Below the pieces are notes generated by a model. The model was not told the DNA's origin, searched no databases, and worked only from the letters and a program-made list of their open reading frames with translations. 64,000 nucleotides of DNA from Alphaproteobacteria bacterium (GTDB lineage Bacteria > Pseudomonadota > Alphaproteobacteria > UBA828). The stretch is from the NCBI GenBank assembly GCA_963667785.2, contig CAXXMU010000001.1, forward strand, positions 448,001 through 512,000, given 5' to 3'. The translations under genes and the position numbers were made by a program. The stretch's first letter is position 1; each line of letters opens with the position of its first letter. Below, piece by piece: positions 18,986-29,900 of this stretch.

Positions 18986-21900
18986 ATGAAGGCCTTCCAG
19001 TTCGATCGGCACATTGTCGAAAGCTACGACAGCTTTTCTCGATCATTCAGCACCATTCGGGCGTCTGATCTACATGAGGCAATTGCACACAAGTATGAGG
19101 AAGGCCACTTCTGGCCGGACGCACTTCTTTCCCTGAACCCGCACTACGAAGGTGGGCCGACCGTCGACGATCTCGTCAACTCTGGCGATCTATGTCCGGA
19201 AACGGCACAGGTATTCCGTTTCGAATCAGGCCCAATTCGGTTTCACCGACACCAAGGACAGGCCATCGCCAAGGCATGCGCTAGGCAAAGTTTCGTCGTG
19301 ACCACAGGAACCGGATCGGGGAAGTCTCTCTGCTTCTTCGTTCCGATTGTCGACGCCATCATCAGGGCACGGAAGGCGGGCGACACCCCAAGGACACGCG
19401 CCATCATCGTTTATCCCATGAACGCCCTGGCCAATAGTCAGATCAAGGAGATCGACAAGTTCATCCGCCAGTCGAGCCTGGCGGAGAACTTAAAGCCGAT
19501 TGTTCGGCGCTACACCGGACAAGAAGACCGAGATGAACGAGAGCGCATCGCAAACAATCCGCCGGATATTCTTCTGACCAACTTCATGATGGCAGAACTT
19601 CTTTTAACTCGGCAGGACAGCATTGATTCCCAAGTCATTGCGAACGCTCACGGCCTTGAATTCATAGTCCTCGACGAGCTGCATACATATCGCGGTCGTC
19701 AGGGCGCCGATGTCGCCGTCCTCGTTCGACGGCTGCGCGACCGCTGCACGCCTGACAGGGCTCCGATCTGTGTCGGAACCTCTGCGACCATGGCGAGCGA
19801 AGGCAGCGACGACGTCCGAGCCTTGTCGGTTTCAGAAGCGGCCTCCCGTCTGTTTGGGGTTCAAATCGGTCCGGATTCTGTGATCGATGAATCCCTGCGG
19901 CGAGCCACGGACGATCGCCTTGGGCTCTCCGACGTCGAACCGAAGCTGGCGGCTATCCTTCAGGATGATCTCCCTGATCGATTGATCGATACCGATTTGT
20001 TCACCCATCCTCTGGCAGTTTGGACGGAACTCGCGCTCGGCCTGGAGGACGGCCGGAGTCTGAAGCGGCGGCGGCCGACGCCATTCGGTGATGCCGCAAC
20101 TTTACTTGCGGATGCCAGCGGTACGGACCAGGGGCGGTGTGAGGCTGTTCTGGAGAACTTCCTCACCAGGGTCAGCCTTCCCGAGAAGGACCGAGGCGGT
20201 AGCGGTGACCACGCCTTTCTGGCCTTCAAACTCCATCGTTTCGTTGCGGGAGCGGGCGAGGCTTTTGCAACTCTTCGCGCCAAGCCACGAACTGTGCTGC
20301 TCGAAGGGCAGCTCGAAGATCCCGATGATCCTGGAACACGGCTGTACCCGGTTCGCTTCTGTCGTCAGTGCGGCCAAGAGTACTACGTTGTTGCCAAATC
20401 GGAGCAGGACGATGGCGCCGTGTTCCTGCCACGCAACATCGATGACACACCGATCATGAGCGATGGCACTTCGGATTCTGCCGGATACCTGACGCCAGTT
20501 GGACACGACGATCAAGAATACCGCTTTGACGGCTCTCTTGAGAGTTTTCCGGAAGACTGGTTGGAAGAGCGCAAGGGTGTGATCAAGCTGCGGTCGAACC
20601 GCAAGAACCGCGTCCCGATGATGGTGACAATCGCGCAGGACGGGCGAGTTGCGGGGGACGGCGAGCAGTTCTGGTTTATCTCCGGCAAATTCGGTTTCTG
20701 CACATGTTGCCTCGATGAGCCGCAAAGTCGCATGCGCGAGCGCAGCAAGCTCGCCGGGCTTACCGCGGAAGGTCGGAGCTCCGCGACGACGCTTCTCGTT
20801 TCAAGCGCTCTGGAGTGGTTGAATCGGCCCAACAACGCCGTTCCACGGGACAAGCGCAAACTTCTTGGCTTCACTGACAATCGCCAGGACGCCGCGCTTC
20901 AGGCCGGACATTTCAACGACTTCCTGTTCGTAAGCCTTCTTCGAGGTGCAATTTTGAGGGCTGTTCTCGATGCCGGTGATGATGGCCTGCGGGATGACGA
21001 GTTCGGCTTTCGCGTTCAGAGGGCCCTAGGTTTCACGTCCTCGAATGAGACAGGGCGGTTGCACTGGATGTTGACTCCGGAAGCAGGGGCAGTGGTTCGC
21101 AGCGACGCCGAGCGGGCTCTAGCCAAAGTGCTCGCGCACCGGGTCTGGACCGATTTGCGTCGAGGCTGGCGTTTCACCAATCCCAGCCTATCCACCCTCA
21201 AGCTGATCCAGGTAGATTTCGTGGGTCTCGACGAAGTGGTCGAAGACGCTGAGAGGCTGGCGGCCATTTTGCCGGAACTGGGATCTCTCGATCATGACGC
21301 CCGCAAGAGAGCCCTCCGGATTCTGCTGGAGGCCATGCTCGAAGGCCTCGCCGTAGCGACTGAGGCGCTCGATCTTGCGGTGCTTGACACCGTCGCTCAG
21401 AGATCGCGCTCCCTCCTGCGCCCGCCCTGGTCGATCGACGGCAAGGAAATGCCCCGGGAGCGCGCGACGCTCTTCCTCAGGGCTCCCGGCAAGAAAGCCA
21501 CCGGTCTGCGTGAAGAGAGGATGATCTTGCGCGCTGGCCCGCGTTCGCGCATTGCGCGCCTCCTCAACCGGGAGAGCGCCATCGGTGCCAAGCTTAGCGG
21601 AGATGACTACCTCATCTTTCTTTCCGAGCTCCTCGCGATCTTGGCCGATGAAGGGCTGGTGACGTTGGCTTCCAGCAACGGCGAGCTTCAGGGCTGGTGG
21701 TTGTCGCCGTCGGCCGTTCGTCTCGTTCCCGGTGAGGCTGCCTGCAATCAAGCCGCTCAGGGGAGTCCATACTTTCATGACCTGTATTCGCGCATTGCAG
21801 CCGATCTCGAATCGGACGCCAGTTCGTTGTTTGGCATGGAAAGCCGCGAACACACCGCGCAGGTCACCCCGAGACAACGGGAGTGGCGGGAGTGGCGCTT

Positions 21901-24160
21901 TCGTTTCGAAGCCGACGATCAGGCGCGCATCGCCGAGTTCGAAGCCGAAATCAAGGCAAGCGGAGAGTCGAAACAGCTTCTTCCTGCCCTGTTCTGCACG
22001 CCAACCATGGAACTAGGTGTCGATATCTCGGCTCTGAATGCCGTCTATCTCCGTAACGTACCGCCGACTCCTGCAAACTACGCGCAGCGTGCAGGCCGTG
22101 CGGGACGATCGGGGCAAGCGGCTGCCATCTTCACGTATTGCGCGGCTCAGTCGCCGCATGACCAGTATTTCTTCGATCGGCGCATCGACATGGTGGCCGG
22201 AGCTGTTCGCCCGCCCGCGCTCGACATCGGCAACAGAAATCTCGTTACATCACATCTCCAGGCGATCTGGCTGGCCGAGGCCGGATTGGCGCTATCCCCG
22301 GACATTCCCGAGATCCTCGACCTCCAGAAGCCCCGCTATCCTCTGACGGATGACATACTCAAGGTCATCCATGATCCTGGTTTAGTCGACAAAGCACGCG
22401 CCCCACTGCGTCGAGTCCTTAATCACATCCTCTCGTCGCTCGACGGCCGCAAGCCGATCTGGATGGATGATCCCGAGGAGTATGTGACAGAGGTAGCCAA
22501 CCAGGCGCCGGCCGAATTCGACAATGCTTTCGATCGCTGGCGCGAACTCTATCACTCCGCGCGCACGCAACTGATTGAAGCCAACAAGCAGTCGCAGGTA
22601 CCGGGCCTATCCGGGGCAGACCGGCGCAAGATCAAGGCCGCGCAGATGCAGGCCACGGACCAAATTGGAATTCTTGAACAAGGCAGGGCAACCAACAGTT
22701 CGGATTTCTATTCCTACCGCTACCTGGCAACCGAAGGGTTTCTGCCGGGCTACAACTTCCCCCGACTGCCGCTTTACGCCTTCATTCCGGGGGAGGGAAA
22801 GTCCGGTTCATTCCTGCAGCGAGCCCGCTTTCTTGCCATTTCCGAGTTCGGACCTCGCAGTCTCATCTATCACGAGGGCCGCGCATTTCGCGTCATCAAG
22901 GCGAAGTTGCCTCCCGAGGCGCGCACCGACGACGGTCAGGAGCTCGCGACACAGGACATTGCCATCTGCCCCGACTGCGGCGCTTCCCACGACGGCGAGG
23001 TCGAACGCTGTCACGCTTGTGCTGCGCCGATGGCGGACGCGTTACCAGTCAGGCGCACGCTCAGGATCGACAACGTCGAAGCGGCGCCGACCGAGCGCAT
23101 TACTGCCAACGACGAAGAGCGCATTCGACAGGGCTTCGAGATACAGACCGTATTCTCGTGGCCCAGGAAGCACGGCCGCATTGAGATCGTGGAGGCCCGG
23201 TTTCGAACAGGGGACGTTCCTCTCTTTACGCTCCAATACGCCAATAGCGCCGAGATCAGCCGGATCAACAAGGGCCTGAAGCGCCGGCGCAACGAGACCG
23301 TACTTGGCTTCATGATCGATCCCCGCACCGGCTATTGGGCCAAGACCGAAGACGAGGATCCGGAGACTGAGCTCCCGCCCGATGCGGTACGGCCGGTGCG
23401 GATCGTTCCCATTGTCCGGGATCGCAAGAACGCTCTTCTGCTCCGCTTCGAAGACCCTGATCGCTTCGATCCGAAGACGATCACCACTGTCCAGCACGCC
23501 TTGATGCGGGGCATTGCAGTGGTGTTCCAGCTCGAGGAAGGCGAAATCCTGGGCGAGCCGCTGCCGAGCAGAGACGACCGGCGCGCGGTCCTCGCCTACG
23601 AGGCGACTGAGGGCGGCGCGGGCGTATTGAGCCGCTTGATCGAGGATCCGGCCGCGCTGAACCGAGTCGCCCGGCGGGCACTGGAACTCATGCACTTCGA
23701 TGAGGTAGGAAGTGCTGTTGCGGCAGGCGCTCCCGACCTACTTAAGGAACGCAAAGAAGACGCCTGTGTGCGCGGCTGTTACCGCTGTCTCCTCTCCTAC
23801 TTCAACCAGCCCGATCACGAGATGATCGACCGTGCGAACCTCGAGGTGCAGCAGCTGTTGATCGATATCGCGCGCGGCGAGGTCGTGCTAAACGCCGCAC
23901 CGGTAGACACAGGCCCCGTGGACGGCTGGCCTGAGGCGTTTGCCCAGATTGGTATTCCTGTGCCCGACGCGAGGCACCTGAGGCTTGCCAATGTCTCGTT
24001 TCCCTATAGCTGGCGCAGCCACTACGTCGCCGCGATGACCGGCACCATCCCAGAGGAAGCGAAGGCCGCGGCGAACGACCGTGGTTGGAGCCTTTTCGAA
24101 TTGCCGGCCAACCCGTCAGGCGGCTTGCCATCTGGATTGATCACCGCCCTCAAGGATTGA
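18986..24160 (+). CDS. DEAD/DEAH SF2 helicase with DUF1998 (YprA/DrmAB-like), 1724 aa
   Basis: TTGTGSGKS, YPMNALANSQ, LDELHTYRG, TSAT, FTDNRQDAA, TPTMELGVDI, QRAGRAGR; C-terminal CVRGCYRCLLSYFNQ; CxxC motifs. Confidence 0.9.
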   Translation: MKAFQFDRHIVESYDSFSRSFSTIRASDLHEAIAHKYEEGHFWPDALLSLNPHYEGGPTVDDLVNSGDLCPETAQVFRFESGPIRFHRHQGQAIAKACARQSFVVTTGTGSGKSLCFFVPIVDAIIRARKAGDTPRTRAIIVYPMNALANSQIKEIDKFIRQSSLAENLKPIVRRYTGQEDRDERERIANNPPDILLTNFMMAELLLTRQDSIDSQVIANAHGLEFIVLDELHTYRGRQGADVAVLVRRLRDRCTPDRAPICVGTSATMASEGSDDVRALSVSEAASRLFGVQIGPDSVIDESLRRATDDRLGLSDVEPKLAAILQDDLPDRLIDTDLFTHPLAVWTELALGLEDGRSLKRRRPTPFGDAATLLADASGTDQGRCEAVLENFLTRVSLPEKDRGGSGDHAFLAFKLHRFVAGAGEAFATLRAKPRTVLLEGQLEDPDDPGTRLYPVRFCRQCGQEYYVVAKSEQDDGAVFLPRNIDDTPIMSDGTSDSAGYLTPVGHDDQEYRFDGSLESFPEDWLEERKGVIKLRSNRKNRVPMMVTIAQDGRVAGDGEQFWFISGKFGFCTCCLDEPQSRMRERSKLAGLTAEGRSSATTLLVSSALEWLNRPNNAVPRDKRKLLGFTDNRQDAALQAGHFNDFLFVSLLRGAILRAVLDAGDDGLRDDEFGFRVQRALGFTSSNETGRLHWMLTPEAGAVVRSDAERALAKVLAHRVWTDLRRGWRFTNPSLSTLKLIQVDFVGLDEVVEDAERLAAILPELGSLDHDARKRALRILLEAMLEGLAVATEALDLAVLDTVAQRSRSLLRPPWSIDGKEMPRERATLFLRAPGKKATGLREERMILRAGPRSRIARLLNRESAIGAKLSGDDYLIFLSELLAILADEGLVTLASSNGELQGWWLSPSAVRLVPGEAACNQAAQGSPYFHDLYSRIAADLESDASSLFGMESREHTAQVTPRQREWREWRFRFEADDQARIAEFEAEIKASGESKQLLPALFCTPTMELGVDISALNAVYLRNVPPTPANYAQRAGRAGRSGQAAAIFTYCAAQSPHDQYFFDRRIDMVAGAVRPPALDIGNRNLVTSHLQAIWLAEAGLALSPDIPEILDLQKPRYPLTDDILKVIHDPGLVDKARAPLRRVLNHILSSLDGRKPIWMDDPEEYVTEVANQAPAEFDNAFDRWRELYHSARTQLIEANKQSQVPGLSGADRRKIKAAQMQATDQIGILEQGRATNSSDFYSYRYLATEGFLPGYNFPRLPLYAFIPGEGKSGSFLQRARFLAISEFGPRSLIYHEGRAFRVIKAKLPPEARTDDGQELATQDIAICPDCGASHDGEVERCHACAAPMADALPVRRTLRIDNVEAAPTERITANDEERIRQGFEIQTVFSWPRKHGRIEIVEARFRTGDVPLFTLQYANSAEISRINKGLKRRRNETVLGFMIDPRTGYWAKTEDEDPETELPPDAVRPVRIVPIVRDRKNALLLRFEDPDRFDPKTITTVQHALMRGIAVVFQLEEGEILGEPLPSRDDRRAVLAYEATEGGAGVLSRLIEDPAALNRVARRALELMHFDEVGSAVAAGAPDLLKERKEDACVRGCYRCLLSYFNQPDHEMIDRANLEVQQLLIDIARGEVVLNAAPVDTGPVDGWPEAFAQIGIPVPDARHLRLANVSFPYSWRSHYVAAMTGTIPEEAKAAANDRGWSLFELPANPSGGLPSGLITALKD

Positions 24161-24164
24161 GCGC

Positions 24165-26930
24165 ATGACACTCTCGTTTGCTCCCGGCGATCTAGTTCGG
24201 GCACGCGGCCGCGAATGGGTCGCCTTGCCGGCGGTCCGGAAAGACCTTCTCGCGCTGCGGCCTCTCTCGGGAAACGAGAATGACAACGTTCTCCTCGATC
24301 CCCGGCTAGAGATTGAGCCCGTCAGGCACGCACGTTTCGACCTCCCCGACAATGCGGCCTTCACCGTCCAGTCGAAAGCCGCTCTTCTCGCCGACGCGCT
24401 TCGTTTGACGCTTCGACGTGGTGCCGGACCCTTCCGCTCTGCGGCGCAGCTCGCATTCGAACCCCGGACCTATCAGCTCGTACCGCTGTTGATGGCGCTT
24501 CGCATGCAGGAGCTCCGCCTCCTGATCGCGGATGACGTTGGTATCGGCAAGACGATTGAAGCAGGTCTCATTCTTCGGGAACTCATGGATCGCGGAGATG
24601 TCGACGCCTTTTCGGTCCTGTGCCCGCCGCACCTGGTCGAACAATGGATGATCGAACTGGAGACTCGCTTCGGAATCGACGCGGTAGCGGTGACTGCGGG
24701 CTCGGCCGCTCGGCTGGAGCGTGGCCTTCCGGTCGCCCAGACGCTCTTCGATGCCTTTCCCTATACGGTGGTCAGCCTCGACTACATCAAGGCCGAAAAG
24801 CGTCGGGAAGGATTCGCCCGAGCCTGCCCCGACTTCGTGATTGTGGACGAAGCCCATGCCTGCGTCGGCACGCACAAGGGGAAGCAACAGCGGTTCGCAC
24901 TTCTCCAGGGCCTCGCACACGACCCGACACGGCGCATGGTCATGCTGACCGCCACGCCGCACTCGGGCGATGAAGAGGCGTTCTCGCGCCTCCTGTCGTT
25001 GATCGATCCAGAGTTCGCCTCCCTCAGCTTTGACGACATCCGCTACCGCGAGCGACTGGCGCGGCATTTCGTGCAGCGACGCAGGATCGACTTGGTATCG
25101 GGGGAATGGGACGAGGATCGTGCCTTTCCTAAGCACGAAACCACGGAGACGCCTTATAGGCTGTCGAAGGCCCATCTCGACTTCCAGGAAGCCGTGCTCG
25201 ACTACTGCGTCGGTATTGTCTCAAAGGCTGGGACCGGCCAGCGGGAGCGGCGGCTGGCGTTCTGGGCGACACTTGCCCTGATGCGGTGTGTCGGCTCGTC
25301 GCCCGCCGCAGCCCTGAGCGCGCTGAGCAACCGCATGAAGGGAGATGCGGACCGGCTGGAACCCCAAATATACGACGAGGATGGAGACGACGAAGATGCC
25401 GTCGATATCGAACCGGGCGCGACGTTCGATGCGGATCCCGACCTTTTGGATCTTGTCCAACAGGCAGAGCGTTTGGCGAGGCGGGACGATCCGAAGCTGG
25501 ACGCCCTCGTCGGTGTCGTGACTCCTCTCCTAAAGACTGGTGCGAACCCCGTCGTCTTCTGCCGGTTTATCGCCACCGCGGACTATGTCCGGGATGGCCT
25601 CAGGAAGTGCTTCCCGAAACTTCGCGTTGAGTCCGTGACTGGGATGCTTACGCCAGACGAGCGCAGGAACCGCGTCGCCGATATGGCGCCGGAGGAGGAC
25701 AGCAAGGAGGTCCAGCGCATCCTGGTGGCCACCGACTGCCTCTCGGAGGGCATCAATCTTCAGCAACTCTTCGATGCGGTGGTTCACTACGACCTCTGCT
25801 GGAACCCGACGCGCCACCAGCAGCGGGAAGGGCGCGTCGACCGCTTCGGCCAGCCGGCGGAACTCGTTCGTTCGATCATGATGTACTCGCCGGACAGTGC
25901 GATCGACGGTGCGGTCCTCGACGTGATCCTGCGCAAGGCGGAGGACATCAGAGTGGCGACGGGCGTGACCGTGCCCTTGCCCGACGAACGCGGCCCGGTC
26001 ACCGAAGCGCTGATGGCCTCGATGATGCTCCGCCGCGGCGACACCAAGCAGATGGCGCTGGACCTGCGTTTGGACGATGGTGCGCGCCTAATGGAAACAC
26101 GCTGGCGCGATGTGTCGGAGAAAGAGAAACGCTCTCGAGCGCGCTTCGCCCAGAACGCGATGAAGCCGCATGAGGTGGCCCCAGAGTGGGAGAAGGCCCG
26201 GAGCTTCCTTGGTTCGCCCGATGCCGCGCGCTCCTTCGTCGAGCGTGCCATGGCAGGCTATGGCGTCCCTCTCGAACAGCGAAGGTCGGTCCTCGTGGCT
26301 CACGTTCACGCGTTGGAGAGCGACCTGCGCGAACGGCTTGCGGAGCGTGGCATGCATTCATCAGTACGGCTTGCCCCATCCGAGCCCGCGCCGTCGGGCA
26401 CTACGCTTCTCACCCGTACGCATCCGTTGACCGCTTCCCTCGCGGAGGCACTCGTCGAGGCGTCCCTAGACCCGGAGATCCTCTCCAGTCTCGGCATCGG
26501 CCGGGTGGGGGCGTGGCCGAGCACCGCCGTAGAGCGGGTGACGCGGATCATACTCTTGCGGCTTCGCTTCAAGCTGACGGTCCATGCACGCAAGGAACGC
26601 CTGCTGCTGGCTGAAGAGGCCGCGCTCATCGCGTTGCACGGAGACCGCATCGTCGCGGCGGGCGATGCAGTACGGGCCGTCCTGGACACGCCCGCCGCAA
26701 GCGATCTGGCCTTGGCGGCGCGGGAGCGCTTTATCGGCAGCGCCCGTGAAGACCTGCCCGCGCTTGTCACAGGGCCGATCGCCGCATTCGTCCGCGCGCG
26801 CGCCGATGATTTGGGGGAAGACCATGCCCGGCTACGGAGGGCCGCAGGAGCATCGCCCCGGGTCAGTGTCGATGGTATCCAGCCCCCTGACGTCATCGGC
26901 CTCTTCGTCCTGCTGCCGAACGAGGCGTGA
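24165..26930 (+). CDS. SNF2-family helicase (DrmD/RapA-like)
   Basis: LIADDVGIGKT, DEAH, LTATPHSG, SEGINLQ, WNPTRHQQREGRVDRFGQ. Confidence 0.92.
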   Translation: MTLSFAPGDLVRARGREWVALPAVRKDLLALRPLSGNENDNVLLDPRLEIEPVRHARFDLPDNAAFTVQSKAALLADALRLTLRRGAGPFRSAAQLAFEPRTYQLVPLLMALRMQELRLLIADDVGIGKTIEAGLILRELMDRGDVDAFSVLCPPHLVEQWMIELETRFGIDAVAVTAGSAARLERGLPVAQTLFDAFPYTVVSLDYIKAEKRREGFARACPDFVIVDEAHACVGTHKGKQQRFALLQGLAHDPTRRMVMLTATPHSGDEEAFSRLLSLIDPEFASLSFDDIRYRERLARHFVQRRRIDLVSGEWDEDRAFPKHETTETPYRLSKAHLDFQEAVLDYCVGIVSKAGTGQRERRLAFWATLALMRCVGSSPAAALSALSNRMKGDADRLEPQIYDEDGDDEDAVDIEPGATFDADPDLLDLVQQAERLARRDDPKLDALVGVVTPLLKTGANPVVFCRFIATADYVRDGLRKCFPKLRVESVTGMLTPDERRNRVADMAPEEDSKEVQRILVATDCLSEGINLQQLFDAVVHYDLCWNPTRHQQREGRVDRFGQPAELVRSIMMYSPDSAIDGAVLDVILRKAEDIRVATGVTVPLPDERGPVTEALMASMMLRRGDTKQMALDLRLDDGARLMETRWRDVSEKEKRSRARFAQNAMKPHEVAPEWEKARSFLGSPDAARSFVERAMAGYGVPLEQRRSVLVAHVHALESDLRERLAERGMHSSVRLAPSEPAPSGTTLLTRTHPLTASLAEALVEASLDPEILSSLGIGRVGAWPSTAVERVTRIILLRLRFKLTVHARKERLLLAEEAALIALHGDRIVAAGDAVRAVLDTPAASDLALAARERFIGSAREDLPALVTGPIAAFVRARADDLGEDHARLRRAAGASPRVSVDGIQPPDVIGLFVLLPNEA

Positions 26931-26933
26931 CCC

Positions 26934-29900
26934 GTGGCGCGCAGGCACGTTACCGACATGTCCACCTGGCCCTCGCTCTCGCTAGAGGGAAACCTGATCG
27001 CGCCGGCGATGGTAGCGAAGATCGACCGCGGCGAGGCTGCGGAGCAGAGCGAAGAGAGTTACGACGTCCGCAAAGGCCTGACCATCCGGGAGGAGATTTC
27101 GCTCGCCTTCCGCGTGGGCCAAGCGCATTTCGACAGCTTCGCCAAGCTGGAGGCGCCCTCGCCGGATGCCACCCGCCGCTTCGTCCGTGACTTCCTGAAG
27201 GAGACCTACGGCTTCACCGATCTTGCCGACACATCCGGCGTGGTCGCTTGTATCGCCGGCGGCCGCCGCGTGCCCGTCGTCGTCGTGCCTCCGGCGGAGG
27301 CGCTCGACCGGCGCAGCGCCACCCTCTCCACTGACCGCTCGCGTTCCCCCACCTTCGCCCTTCAGGACTATTTGAATGAGCACGACGAAGCGCTGTGGGG
27401 ACTCGCCACCAACGGCACTCACCTGCGCCTGCTGCGCGACAACGCTTCCCTCACTCGCCCCGCCCATATCGAGGCCGATCTTGGTCAGATCTTCGTCAAT
27501 GAGGATGCCGCCTCCTTCGCTGCGCTCTGGCTAATCATCCACCGCACCCGTTTCGGCGCGTCGGGAACGCCTGCGACCGACTGCGCACTTGAGCGCTGGC
27601 GCGACACCGGCGCGCGCGAGGGCGAGGCCGCGCGCGACCGGTTGGCCGGGCAAGTCGAGAATGCGCTTCGGGTCCTCGGCTCGGGTTTCTTGGAGGCCAA
27701 TCCCGATCTGGCGCGACAGCTACGGTCCGGCGCGTTACCGCTGACAGCTTGGTTCAACGAGCTCCTGCGCCTCGTCTACCGCCTCATCTTCCTGATGGTG
27801 GCGGAAGACCGGGACCTCCTCCATCCCGAGAACGCGAAGAAGGACGCGCGGGCACTCTATGCCGAGGGCTACGGTCTCGCGGCGCTCCGGGCGCAGTGCG
27901 TGCGCGGCACGACCTGGGATCGCTACCACGACCGCTACGAGGGCATGAAGATCGTCTTTCGCGCGCTTGCAACGGGCGAGGACGCGCTCGGCCTCCCCGC
28001 GCTCGGTGGCCTCTTCGGAGCCGATCAGCTACCCCATCTCCAGTCCTGTCGCCTCCGCAACCGCGCCCTTATGGAGGCGGTCTATCGCCTCTCCTGGCTC
28101 ACCGACCGCCGCGCCATGGTGCCGGTCAACTGGCGCGCGATGGAGACCGAGGAGCTCGGCTCGGTTTACGAATCCCTCCTTGAGCTCCAGCCGCAGCTCG
28201 CCGATGACGGCCGCGCACTCGTCTTCGCCTCTGATCTCGCGGAGCAGAAGGGCAATCAGCGCAAGACCACCGGCTCCTACTACACGCCTGACAGCCTCGT
28301 TCAGGCGCTCCTCGACACCGCCCTCGACCCGGTGCTGGAGAGGACTGAGGCGGAGACGGACGACTCCGCCGAGGCGCTGCTTCGCCTCGCCGTGGTCGAC
28401 CCGGCCTGCGGCTCGGGCCACTTCCTGTTGGCGGCGGCTCGGAGGGTCGCCACGCGCGTGGCCCGCATCCGCACCGGGGGCACGCCCTCCCTCGCCGACT
28501 TTCGCCATGCGCTACGCGACGTGGCCCGCCGTTGCATCCACGGGGTGGATCGCAACCCTATGGCCGTGGAGCTCACTAAGGTCGCGCTCTGGATCGAGAC
28601 GGTGGACCCCGGCCTTCCTTTAGGCTTCTTCGACGACCAAATCCGCTGTGGCGACGCGTTGCTTGGCGTCTTCGATCTCGCGGCGCTGGAGCGGGGCATA
28701 CCAGACGCCGCCTACAAGCCGCTCACCGGGGACGACAAGGCGGTGGCCCGCCACTACAGGCGCAAGAACAAGCGCGAGAAAACCGAGGGTTCACAAGTCG
28801 AAGAGGGCTTTCGATTCGGCCGCCAGCGCGACCTCATGCGGGAATTCGCCGCGATGCGCGCCATGCCGGAGGACACACTCGACCAGATCGCCGCAAAGGC
28901 CGTCCGGCTTACTGCACTGACGAAAGAAGGTTCCGTTCGTTGGGATTTCTCGCGCGCCTGCGATCTCCATGTTGCGGCCTTCCTGGCTCCAAAGATCACC
29001 CTGCCCACGACCGCCGGGCGCGACGACCTGCCCCGCCGGGGCGCAGAGACCGTACCGACGTCTGGGACCGTGTGGGAACTCCTGCGCGGGAGGGAACCCT
29101 ATGGTCTGCTGGTGCAGAACGTCACCGCCGAGCTGGAGGAGGTACGGGCGTTCCACTGGCCCCTCGAGTTCCCCGACATCATGGCTCGCGGCGGCTTCGA
29201 CGTGGTACTGGGCAATCCTCCGTGGGAGCGGATCAAGCTGCAGGAGCAGGAGTTCTTTGCCTCCAGAGCCCCTGAGATTGCGAACGCGCAGAACGCCGCT
29301 GCCCGAAAACAAATGATCGCTGACCTAGAAGTACGAAATCCGACATTGTTTTCTGAATGGAACACCGCCCTTCGTATAGCAGCGACGGTAAGCCACTTCA
29401 TAAGACACTCAGGACGATTCCCGTTGGGCGGCGTCGGCGACATCAACACATACGCGGTGTTCACTGATCTCTTCTTGCGCACGATCAATCCCGACGGCCG
29501 TGCGGGGTTAATAGTGCCAAATGGTCTTGTCACGGGTTTCACCTATCGGAACTTCTTGGATCACCTCCTGTCTACACGGGCGCTAGCTTCTTTCTACGGT
29601 TTCGAGAACGAAGATAAGCTTTTCAAAGATGTTCACAACGAGACCAAATTTGGTCTCCTCACGATTTCCGGAAACCATCGTCCTATAGATAGGCCATGGT
29701 TTACTGCACACATTCGTCAGCCCGCTCAAATCAGCGATGCAACTCGCAGATATACGCTTTCAGTAGAGGAAATAGAGTGTATAAACCCCAACACGCTTAA
29801 CTTGCCGGCCTTCCGCTGGGCGAGAGACGCAGAAGTTACTGCTGCTATACATAAGACCGCTTCCGCGCTCATTCGGAGAGCTTCGCAAGAGACGGAAGAT